From IMG/VR virus record IMGVR_UViG_3300045972_000132, positions 35,408 through 99,407 of that record: 64,000 nt of DNA, one strand, 5' to 3'. The notes under the pieces were generated by a model. That model saw only the letters and a program-made list of their open reading frames with translations, did no database searches and was not told where the DNA came from. Of this stretch, positions 1 to 8,069 are shown piece after piece. Origin of the DNA: a virus. Numbering within the stretch: position 1 is the stretch's first letter; each line of letters begins with the position of its first letter. A program made the position numbers and the translations under genes.

Positions 1-23
1 ATTTATAAATATTGGAATGAATC

Positions 24-758
24 GTGGCTAGAAAAACTCTTGGTGATGTTCTACAGAACCATGCTTTCTGGCTTATGGACCTTGCCCCAATTGGAGCAGG
101 TAGTATTCCCTTATTTGCACCTCTTGGTGGCTTCAGTAGCATAACCGCACCCGAAATCCAAGTAGAGACCGAAGAAATAACAGAGGGAAACTGGTACTAC
201 AAGACCCCTATTGTTAAGCGTGCTCAAGTAAGTCCGATTACGCTGAAGAAGGGGTCTACTTGGCAAAACGCCGATTTCTATCGTTGGATCAACAGCGCCA
301 TTAGAGGCAATACTGTATTCGAGAGTGGATCCTTCGCTGCGGGGCAGTCCCTTATAGACTCCTTTGGCGGCCCTACCTACCGTCGAAATTTACTTCTAAT
401 CCAGTTCCTTCGTAGTTCACCTATTAATTTAGGTGATGTTACCAGCGGCGTACAGCAGGCTGCCGCCATTGGGGTTCTTGCCGGGGCCGGAATTGCTGCG
501 GGGGCTATTAGTGGCGGTGCAGCATCTGCTGTAGCCTCCGGAGTCGCATCCGGAGTTTCTCTGGGAATTGATAAAACCATAGGCGGCGAACTTCCTCTTC
601 TAGCTCTTAGGATTCCAGCCAAGGCTTGGGTCCTTTATGAATGCATCCCCACCAGATACAAAGCCTCTGGCGACTTTGATGCCATGTCTGCTAGTGTCTC
701 TATTCAAGAACTTGAAATCAAACCCTCATATATTGAAGAAATTTCACTATTCAGTTAG
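24..758 (+). CDS. Tail tube protein (T4 gp19/Afp1-5-like)
   Basis: GFSSITAPEIQVETEEITEGN, ITLKKG and WVLYECIPTRYK..DFDA.SASVSIQELEI are typical of contractile tail tube proteins; lies upstream of chaperone and tape measure. Confidence 0.85.
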   Translation: MARKTLGDVLQNHAFWLMDLAPIGAGSIPLFAPLGGFSSITAPEIQVETEEITEGNWYYKTPIVKRAQVSPITLKKGSTWQNADFYRWINSAIRGNTVFESGSFAAGQSLIDSFGGPTYRRNLLLIQFLRSSPINLGDVTSGVQQAAAIGVLAGAGIAAGAISGGAASAVASGVASGVSLGIDKTIGGELPLLALRIPAKAWVLYECIPTRYKASGDFDAMSASVSIQELEIKPSYIEEISLFS

Positions 759-767
759 GATCTCTAG

Positions 768-1022
768 ATGATTCCCTTTCCAAATTACATTGATGTAGAG
801 GAATTGATTCAATCCAACCAAGCTGTTGAAATGACCCTTTCCGGAAATGTCGGAAACTTCATGGTTCCACTTGGTTCAGAAGTTCTACGTCCCCCTATTG
901 CTCCTTGGTCGGCAGGTAGAAGTGGTCCTATGGCGAAAATCTATTCAGTCCTTGCTAATCGTGAGCGTAGGAAGCATTTAGGTAAGCAAGCCTCAAAGCT
1001 TTACATGCCTGAGGAAAGCTAA
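768..1022 (+). CDS. Hypothetical protein
   Basis: Co-directional ORF whose stop overlaps the next start. Confidence 0.5.
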   Translation: MIPFPNYIDVEELIQSNQAVEMTLSGNVGNFMVPLGSEVLRPPIAPWSAGRSGPMAKIYSVLANRERRKHLGKQASKLYMPEES

Positions 1023-1288
1023 TGATTCTAGAAAGCTTAATCTCCATTGGAGACCTTCTTCAAGAGGTTAGTAAAAACAATCCGACTACTACTACACAAG
1101 TTGGAACCTACACCATTAATACCTTCTCCAAGGTAACAATCACTACTGCGGTCAAGGGCAAGACAGCTAAGGTATCTACGACCTTTAAGTTGAATCCTCG
1201 TACTTCTGACGGGTTTGATCTTGATGGTGCAGATAGTTATCTGAGTAAGAGTCGTAAAGCCAAGGTCCAAGTCGGCGCTGAATTGTAA
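1022..1288 (+). CDS. Hypothetical protein, possible internal head protein
   Basis: SD gagga; N-terminus MILESLISIGDLLQE resembles the leaders of ORFs 29373, 34016 and 35041. Confidence 0.55.
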   Translation: MILESLISIGDLLQEVSKNNPTTTTQVGTYTINTFSKVTITTAVKGKTAKVSTTFKLNPRTSDGFDLDGADSYLSKSRKAKVQVGAEL

Positions 1289-1289
1289 T

Positions 1290-1318
1290 TTGTACTTACT
1301 TCACTTTTGAAGTATAAT
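1290..1318 (+). promoter_or_regulatory. Sigma70-like promoter with palindromic operator
   Basis: TTGTAC-17nt-TATAAT; TACTTCA-CTTT-TGAAGTA at 1297-1314 overlaps the -10 box. Confidence 0.8.
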
Positions 1319-1324
1319 GATTGA

Positions 1325-1831
1325 ATGGTAAATTCAATCGAGTGGGAAAAATCGGTTCTAGAGCAGCACTCCGTATGTGCTAACTGCGGTGATAGTAAGA
1401 ATTTAATTGTGCGGCCTCTAGTGGCACCACTAAACGGGGGGCAATCAAGAGCTTCCAACGCCTCGGTTCTCTGCCGTGGCTGCGAGATCAACTCCTTCTT
1501 ATCCAATACAGAAACCCAAGAAAAACAGCTAGTGAACTTTTGGCTCTCCGCATCACTCTATGAGTGGCTCAAGACAAACGCCGAGAAGTCTTCAATGGGT
1601 TCCTTGATTCGATATATGATCTCCCGCTACACTGGTTCCCCTAGTGCCTTCGAAGACCTTGCTCTTTGGGTAGATGTCCAATCTGAAGTAAAGGTAAACA
1701 TCTGGGTTCCACAGAAGGAATATCTGGAATTCAAGACCCTAATTGAGGAGCGCGGCAGTACTGTCACCGACGCTCTCAAGTCCCTCTTACTAATTTTCAA
1801 AAACGAACAAACCGAGGCCCACCATGACTAA
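1325..1831 (+). CDS. Degenerate HNH zinc-binding domain plus two ribbon-helix-helix-like repeats; putative transcriptional regulator
   Basis: CANC..GG..N..LCRGC lacking the catalytic His; repeats LVNFWLSASLYEWLK and VKVNIWVPQKEYLEFK. Confidence 0.65.
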   Translation: MVNSIEWEKSVLEQHSVCANCGDSKNLIVRPLVAPLNGGQSRASNASVLCRGCEINSFLSNTETQEKQLVNFWLSASLYEWLKTNAEKSSMGSLIRYMISRYTGSPSAFEDLALWVDVQSEVKVNIWVPQKEYLEFKTLIEERGSTVTDALKSLLLIFKNEQTEAHHD

Positions 1832-2603
1832 TGCAGTTGACATTGCAGTACGAGCAATTGATGACATGAAGTCTTCTACCGGGCTATTTAAACTCCCTGG
1901 TGGATACTTGGATGAAAAGGGCATCTTACACGATGAGATTCAAATCAGAGAAATGACCGGTGCTGAGGAGGACATCCTAGCTGGTAAGACGGATTCTATC
2001 ACTCTGAAGCTAAACGCTATTATGGCTGGATGTCTAGTGAGGATCGGTTCCATCACAGATCCTGGTGAAATTGCCAAGGTTATCAATCTTTTGCCCTCAG
2101 GGGATCGTATTTATCTTCTAGTTCTGATTCGTATGGTTACACTAGGGGACGACTTTGCCTTCGATGAGAAATGCCCTGAGTGTGGCGACAAGGCTACCTA
2201 CAATATTTTTCTAAGCAGCTTGGAAGTTACACCAATGAAGGACAAGAACAAGCGCGAGTTTGAATTCACTGCACCTTCTGGGAAGAAAATCATCATAAAG
2301 ACCCTCCTGGGAAAAGATGAGGGCTTGGCATCTAAATACGGTGAAGAGTATCCAAATGACGTTGTAAGCGCCATCATGCTTGCTAGAGTGGTCTCAATTG
2401 ACGGTGTTCCTGCCACCGTAGAGTCCCTTAAAAAATTGGGCTGGAAGGATCGGTCCTTTGCCCGCAAGTCCATTGAATCAATTGATGGAGGGGTCGAGCT
2501 TGGGGTTACGAATGAATGCAAGAAGTGCAATTTTGAATTCACCAAGGACTTACAGATTGGAAGCCAAAGTTTTTTCTTCCCTTCGGAGACCCTGAACTCC
2601 TAG
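1824..2603 (+). CDS. Tail assembly chaperone / T4 gp26-like hub assembly protein
   Basis: IREMTGAEEDIL, GDRIYLLVLIR, CPEC and CKKC; directly upstream of the tape measure gene. Confidence 0.8.
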   Translation: MTNAVDIAVRAIDDMKSSTGLFKLPGGYLDEKGILHDEIQIREMTGAEEDILAGKTDSITLKLNAIMAGCLVRIGSITDPGEIAKVINLLPSGDRIYLLVLIRMVTLGDDFAFDEKCPECGDKATYNIFLSSLEVTPMKDKNKREFEFTAPSGKKIIIKTLLGKDEGLASKYGEEYPNDVVSAIMLARVVSIDGVPATVESLKKLGWKDRSFARKSIESIDGGVELGVTNECKKCNFEFTKDLQIGSQSFFFPSETLNS

Positions 2604-2746
2604 AGGCTCAGTATTTTAGCTTCCTTGAGTACTGGCACATAAGTTACACGGAGTTTTTAAATATCCCGTGTAGTCTCCGATTTAGATTGCTAACTAGAAA
2701 GGACGAACTGGAACGTAGGCGTCAAGAAGCATATAATAGGAAGTAA
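2570..2746 (+). CDS. -1 frameshift extension of the tail assembly chaperone (gpGT-like)
   Basis: Slippery T TTT TTC at 2570-2576; the -1 frame is open for 58 codons (FLPFGDPELLEAQYFSFLEYWHISYTEFLNIPCSLRFRLL...NRK*) and fills the gap to the tape measure gene. Confidence 0.8.
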   Translation, partial: FFLPFGDPELLEAQYFSFLEYWHISYTEFLNIPCSLRFRLLTRKDELERRRQEAYNRK

Positions 2747-2764
2747 TTCTAAAATGGAGTCTTG

Positions 2765-4906
2765 ATGGCACTTCCAGGGCTAGGTCTAGCATATTTATTC
2801 GTTGGTAAGGACGCTGGTCTTGGTAAAGCCCAAGACGAGGCTACCAGCGGTTTCGAAAAACTTGGAAAGTATGTATCTGGGGTTGCCTCCAGAATGGGTG
2901 AACTTGCGACCAATACTGGTCAGCTAATGACTGCCTTCGAAGCTCGTAATTTTGATGCAAAGAATTCTATTTACGGTGTCTTTGCAGGAATGGGCCAAAC
3001 AGCCGCTTCGTCCGCTAAGGCTAGCGATCAACTAATCAGCATGGCTCGCAAACTGAACACGATGGATAAAGTTCCCGAAATGGCGGAAGCCTTTAGAGAG
3101 CTTACTAATATAAAATTCAATGGTGGCGGCGCAAAAGACGTAAACTCTATGGTTGAGCAGCTTACTCGCCTATCTGGGGTCACGGGGGCATCAATCACGG
3201 GTTTATCTAGGTCACTTGTCGCGCTAACAAACCAGAAAGTATCTGCCGGGGGTATCACAGATATTCTTGATTCCGTTATTAGTATGGGTAAAGAGTTTGG
3301 TACTGGAGACACTGCGGTTAAGAATCTGGAGCGCATAGTCGCCGCTGTTAGAGATGCTACTCAGAAAACCGGATCAGATCCACAAAAGTTTATAAAAGAA
3401 ACCTCCGGTCTTGCATCCATCATCGACACATTTTCCCCCGGTAAAGGAGCAGACGCCGCTATTGGGATTATGAGCAAAACTCAATCAGAATACGATACTT
3501 TTCAAAAAATGTTTACTGGGGATGCTACTCAATTAGACAAGAGTACTGTATTAGGTGCGCTCTTATTGGGTAGCGCGGACAAAGGATTCGGACTATTTAA
3601 GAGTTCTCCTCTGAAATGGATTCAAGAGGTAACTAAGGGTCTAAGGGATCTCGGTCCCGCAAGTACTGTATTCAAAAAATTTAAAAAGGATTTAACTACA
3701 AGTGGTCAAGGTGATTTGTGGAGAGTAATTGAAAGTGAATTAGAACAGGCAGGAAATATTGAAAAAGCTATAAAAGCTAGTGAGAACGCAAAAGGCGCTT
3801 CAGGTAAAATGGCTGCGGAACATAGAAACAAGTACAAGCCTGACGAACAGATAGCCTTAAATACGGATTCTGCATGGACTAAATTTAGAGGCATGTTTGG
3901 TGACAAGCAATCTAAATATGTTAAAGATTCCACCAAGGTATTCAATGATTTTTTTAAAACCCTTCAGGAGGGTGCTAAAACCAATCCAGACTTAAAAACC
4001 TTATCAGATACAGTATCTAATCTAGATAAATTCGGTATGAAGGGATTTTTTGGAGAGTCTACTAGGTCAAAATTTGGTGCCTTGGGTCAGGTTCTGGATA
4101 AATTAGGCCCAAGCTTAGACTCCCTGTCTAAGTATGGTTTCAAACTAGAGAACTTATTCAGCCCATCCGGATTACTCCAAACAGGGTTACAGGCCCTCGC
4201 CGGGGACTTTGCTGCTAACTTTATGGAGTCCGGCAGCTTCTCTAAAGCCATGTCAGCAACCATAGAAGATGTTAAGAAATTCTACGCCAAAGTTAAATAC
4301 TATGGCAAGAAGGTCTGGGGCTTCCTAAAAACTTATTGGGACGCTCACGGAGAGGAAATAAAGAAGGAGATCAGCGAAATATGGAAAGAACTCAGCGAGA
4401 CCTTCGGACCCACAGTTTCCGGATGGGGAGAATCCTTCAAGAAAACATTGAATGAATTCTGGAAAGAATACAGACCGGCATTCGTAAAACTAGGTACCGC
4501 GATAGGTGAGGGAATTCAAGAGGGTCTAAAAAAGATGCTTCCCAAATGGATGCAAAAGGAAGTAAGTGCCTCTGGTGGTGGTGGGGACATAGTTCCCCTA
4601 TTCGATATCAACGATTACCTGAAACGAAAGCACGAATCCGAAGGCCCCCTGCTCCCACCATCACCAACAAAACACGAAGACGCTGCATCTACTGCGAGTA
4701 CTATGGCTGCTTTGAAAAAAGCACAGTCGAACCCCATCTTTGACTTTCCTAGTGGTCCGTCGTCCAATGCAAACTCCTCTTCTGTATCTGTAGTGGATAA
4801 ATTGGACAAACTAATTGATTCTAATAATGCTCTCGCTAACGCCTTCAAGACTTGGCTTCCACCATCTAAAAGACCCGTGTCCTCCGCAGGATCTCCGAGT
4901 AAATAA
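2765..4906 (+). CDS. Tape measure protein
   Basis: About 713 aa, helical and A/G/K-rich with periodic Trp/Phe in the C-terminal half; position after the chaperone. Confidence 0.8.
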   Translation: MALPGLGLAYLFVGKDAGLGKAQDEATSGFEKLGKYVSGVASRMGELATNTGQLMTAFEARNFDAKNSIYGVFAGMGQTAASSAKASDQLISMARKLNTMDKVPEMAEAFRELTNIKFNGGGAKDVNSMVEQLTRLSGVTGASITGLSRSLVALTNQKVSAGGITDILDSVISMGKEFGTGDTAVKNLERIVAAVRDATQKTGSDPQKFIKETSGLASIIDTFSPGKGADAAIGIMSKTQSEYDTFQKMFTGDATQLDKSTVLGALLLGSADKGFGLFKSSPLKWIQEVTKGLRDLGPASTVFKKFKKDLTTSGQGDLWRVIESELEQAGNIEKAIKASENAKGASGKMAAEHRNKYKPDEQIALNTDSAWTKFRGMFGDKQSKYVKDSTKVFNDFFKTLQEGAKTNPDLKTLSDTVSNLDKFGMKGFFGESTRSKFGALGQVLDKLGPSLDSLSKYGFKLENLFSPSGLLQTGLQALAGDFAANFMESGSFSKAMSATIEDVKKFYAKVKYYGKKVWGFLKTYWDAHGEEIKKEISEIWKELSETFGPTVSGWGESFKKTLNEFWKEYRPAFVKLGTAIGEGIQEGLKKMLPKWMQKEVSASGGGGDIVPLFDINDYLKRKHESEGPLLPPSPTKHEDAASTASTMAALKKAQSNPIFDFPSGPSSNANSSSVSVVDKLDKLIDSNNALANAFKTWLPPSKRPVSSAGSPSK

Positions 4907-5223
4907 TGTCTACTAATATATCCAAGAACAGCCGTCTTACCTTTTCAGATCTGCTAGACACTGATCAAGTAGAGTTTTGGGATCTACCCAACTATCCTAG
5001 AATCCCCACTTCAGCCGGGGACATTCTTTACATGGTTCTAGTGAACGATAGACTAGACTTATTAGCCCATAAGTATTATGGTGACTCTAACCTCTGGTGG
5101 GTAATTGCGGTCGCTAACTCACTGGACTGCCTTCCGATTGATCTCGTCGCTGGCAGTCAAATTCTAATCCCTTCCCCACAGATAGCGCTTAACAAGGTAA
5201 TGAAAGATACTGGCACAAACTAA
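4906..5223 (+). CDS. LysM-like baseplate protein (gp53/tail X type)
   Basis: DRLDLLAHKYYGDSNLWWVIAVAN...L.AG.QILIP. Confidence 0.85.
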   Translation: MSTNISKNSRLTFSDLLDTDQVEFWDLPNYPRIPTSAGDILYMVLVNDRLDLLAHKYYGDSNLWWVIAVANSLDCLPIDLVAGSQILIPSPQIALNKVMKDTGTN

Positions 5224-6641
5224 TGCCTACTTATGATTTCTTCTCACCCATGATGTCTACCGCAATCGTTGCCAAGGATGGAACGGTAGTTCCACTTTGG
5301 ACTAATACTCATGGAGATAACGTAGAGAATCCAAACGCAGCTAGTATTAAACGGATAGCCGGAATCACAAGTATCCCCTATGTGACTAGCATTAGAATCA
5401 CAGTTGGTTTAGCCTGTCTACCGATCATCACTATTACCTTAACACCTCCCTATGAGGATGCAATTAAATTATTAGATAGTGAGTTTCTAGATTGGAGTTC
5501 CTGCGCGATTCGTACCCAAGTCGGATATACAGGCAAAGATACTATTCTATCCCCAGTTTTTACAGGATTCATGCTTCAACCTGCTATTACATTTGGATCC
5601 CAAATCTCCATCACTTTAAACGCTCAAGGTCCCTTTAGTGTTTTTTCTAACGAGAAGAGTGTAATATTTCCCGGAACACATAGTTCTAAGGAAATTTTAG
5701 AGCAGGCATTGCGGGGAAAGAAGGACCATCCCAGACCAGCAGTAGGCCCTGATAATGTTATTATAAATTTGTCCGTTGATTGGTCTGAGGTAGACAAGGA
5801 TCCTCAAGTCAAAAAGATTTGGGAAGACCCTAAGACGAATACACATTACGCAGACATGACAGATTGGGATATAATTGACCGTCTGTGCAGAGAATGCAGA
5901 TCTTGGTTTATGATAAACAACTCCAAGTTAGTCGTCGTTCCCAATAAAAACTTCGAATCTGAAAAGCCCGCAAGAGTATTCCATGTTTATGGAGCGCCTA
6001 ACGGGACCTTTGGGGATATGGAGTACCCTGCATTTCACGTTACTTCAAATTACACAGGAAACCTATTACCGGGGACTCTAGATTCCCTTCGCGCAGAAGT
6101 AATCTCGTATACAGATAAAACTATAACTAGCTACCCGATAACAGCAAAATCCATAAAAGCATCTCTTGTAGGCGATAAGGAAATTACATTCAAGGACCCT
6201 AATATTTCATCCGCCAAGGCTGATCTTCAAATAAAGGATCCTGGTTCTACTCTACCCAACTTTATTAATACTCACGGCAGTAAGCCTGAATCATTAAAAC
6301 TAGTGGAATCCAGACTAGAGCAAATAACTTCAAAACAAGGACCAACCTGCACGGTAGACACCATCGGAATCCCTGATTTATTTCCAGGTGAAATAGTAGA
6401 ACTCAGAGGCTGTAGTCTACGACTCAATGGAGCCTACATAGTTCAGGAGTTTACCCACAACTTCAACTCATCTGGTTTTACAACTTCTTTGACCCTAAAC
6501 ACAGCAGCGTTGAAAGTATCTAAAGAGTCCGCCGAACCTACCGCAAATACAAATGATTCGAAGGCGAAGTCTTCAGAAGATACCGGTAAGCCTAAACCAA
6601 AAGGCAGCAAGACTAAGCAAGCTAAACCTTCTACTAAGTAA
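5223..6641 (+). CDS. Baseplate hub protein (gpD/gp27-like)
   Basis: TDWDIIDRL and C-terminal TIGIPDLFPGEIVELRG..LNGAYIV..FTHNF..SGFTT. Confidence 0.8.
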   Translation: MPTYDFFSPMMSTAIVAKDGTVVPLWTNTHGDNVENPNAASIKRIAGITSIPYVTSIRITVGLACLPIITITLTPPYEDAIKLLDSEFLDWSSCAIRTQVGYTGKDTILSPVFTGFMLQPAITFGSQISITLNAQGPFSVFSNEKSVIFPGTHSSKEILEQALRGKKDHPRPAVGPDNVIINLSVDWSEVDKDPQVKKIWEDPKTNTHYADMTDWDIIDRLCRECRSWFMINNSKLVVVPNKNFESEKPARVFHVYGAPNGTFGDMEYPAFHVTSNYTGNLLPGTLDSLRAEVISYTDKTITSYPITAKSIKASLVGDKEITFKDPNISSAKADLQIKDPGSTLPNFINTHGSKPESLKLVESRLEQITSKQGPTCTVDTIGIPDLFPGEIVELRGCSLRLNGAYIVQEFTHNFNSSGFTTSLTLNTAALKVSKESAEPTANTNDSKAKSSEDTGKPKPKGSKTKQAKPSTK

Positions 6642-6649
6642 GAATAATC

Positions 6650-7621
6650 ATGTACCTAGAAATTGAAGACTTACAGCAGCGCGTAAACAGCTTAGAGAAG
6701 AAGTGGCCTGACTTTCTAAGAGACATCAATCACTTTGGACTAGAATGGTTCCGCAAGTACTACGGTCTTTATCGTGCAATTATAAAGTCCAATGAAGATC
6801 CTGAGAAAAGAGGGCGGGTTCAAATTCTATGTGCAGAAGCGGGACACAAGGATGAAGTTTACCCTAGGGATTGGGTAGATCCTATTCTACCTACCGCAGG
6901 CCCCTCCAGAGGAAGCTTCGTAGCTCCTCAAGTAGGGGATTGGATCTGGGTAACATTCGCTCAAGGTAATCCCGCTTGGCCGGTGGGATACATTGGTTCC
7001 TATTTCGGTGGCAAAGAAATGCCCCCTGAGTTTGCCTATACAAACAAAAAACCAGAAACCCAAGGAATTATTACTAGAGGTGGGCATACTCTAGTAATGT
7101 CCGACACCCCCGGTGAAGAAAAGGTAACCCTCTCGTGGCACCAGCCGGATGCATGGCCCACCAATCCCCAAGAGACCCCTGATCGTACCAAGGGTAAGTC
7201 TTCCAGTATGGTATTTAAACCAGACGGGTCAATTGAAACTACTTCATCTGATAAGGCCAAAATTACCCTAGATAGCCCCAATCAAGTCATCACAGTTGCC
7301 GATTCCAATGGAAATACGGTGACTCTAGACAAGAACGGCATTACAGTGAAGGATAAGAGCGGTAATAACATTAAAATCATAGGTGGGGATGTTACTGTCC
7401 AAATGTCAGGGGACTTCAATGTCACTGATGGCAACAACTCCAATCTAAAGACCCAGAATGTCAATTTAGGACTTTCTCCTACATATTCTGCGGTTCTTGG
7501 AGAGTTATTCATGACTCTCTTCAACGCACATGTTCATCCGCACCCCTTGGGGCCTACCGCAATTACTCCAACCCAAATGACTCCCGCCGCCTTATCCAGT
7601 ACTGTAAAATTATCTAAATAA
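6650..7621 (+). CDS. Baseplate central spike (gp5/gpV/VgrG OB-fold)
   Basis: YYGLYRAII..NEDPEKRGRVQ, PQVGDWIWVTF.QGNP..P, beta-repeat region, apex HVHPHP metal motif. Confidence 0.9.
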   Translation: MYLEIEDLQQRVNSLEKKWPDFLRDINHFGLEWFRKYYGLYRAIIKSNEDPEKRGRVQILCAEAGHKDEVYPRDWVDPILPTAGPSRGSFVAPQVGDWIWVTFAQGNPAWPVGYIGSYFGGKEMPPEFAYTNKKPETQGIITRGGHTLVMSDTPGEEKVTLSWHQPDAWPTNPQETPDRTKGKSSSMVFKPDGSIETTSSDKAKITLDSPNQVITVADSNGNTVTLDKNGITVKDKSGNNIKIIGGDVTVQMSGDFNVTDGNNSNLKTQNVNLGLSPTYSAVLGELFMTLFNAHVHPHPLGPTAITPTQMTPAALSSTVKLSK

Positions 7622-7625
7622 AGGT

Positions 7626-7643
7626 TACGTCAAATTTGAAGTA
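7626..7643. promoter_or_regulatory. Operator palindrome copy
   Basis: TACGTCA-AATT-TGAAGTA in the intergenic gap, just upstream of a TGcTATAAC -10-like element. Confidence 0.6.
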
Positions 7644-7694
7644 AACCCCTGCATTATAGCCATATTTGTGCTATAACCAATGATGAGGTTACGA

Positions 7695-8069
7695 ATGGAC
7701 TATTCATTTAGGGGTCTTGGCTTTCCCTTTTCAATTAAAGAAGGTGCTTTTCCAGCACCTACTCAGGATGCCGACCTGATTGCACAGTCGATCATGCAGA
7801 TCATCGGTGTGACTCCCACCGAACGAGTCTTCGATCCCAACTACGGCTGCAACGTTATGGACATGGTATTTGAAAACAACGACTCTCTCCTACAAGAAAT
7901 TGCAAAAATAAATATCCAGAACGCAATCTCCAGATACGAACCTCGTGCGATTCTGCAAGACATTACCTTCTCTAAAAACTCTGATGGGAATGCGCTATAC
8001 GTAAACATTATATTTACCGTAAAATATACAGGGGAAACAGGCACTGTTTCTCAGAAGCTTGGAGCCTAA
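7695..8069 (+). CDS. Baseplate wedge / sheath initiator (gp25/GPW)
   Basis: GLGFPF, IAQSI.QII..TPTERV.DPNYGC, AISRYEPR; SD gaggt before ATG 7695. Confidence 0.9.
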   Translation: MDYSFRGLGFPFSIKEGAFPAPTQDADLIAQSIMQIIGVTPTERVFDPNYGCNVMDMVFENNDSLLQEIAKINIQNAISRYEPRAILQDITFSKNSDGNALYVNIIFTVKYTGETGTVSQKLGA

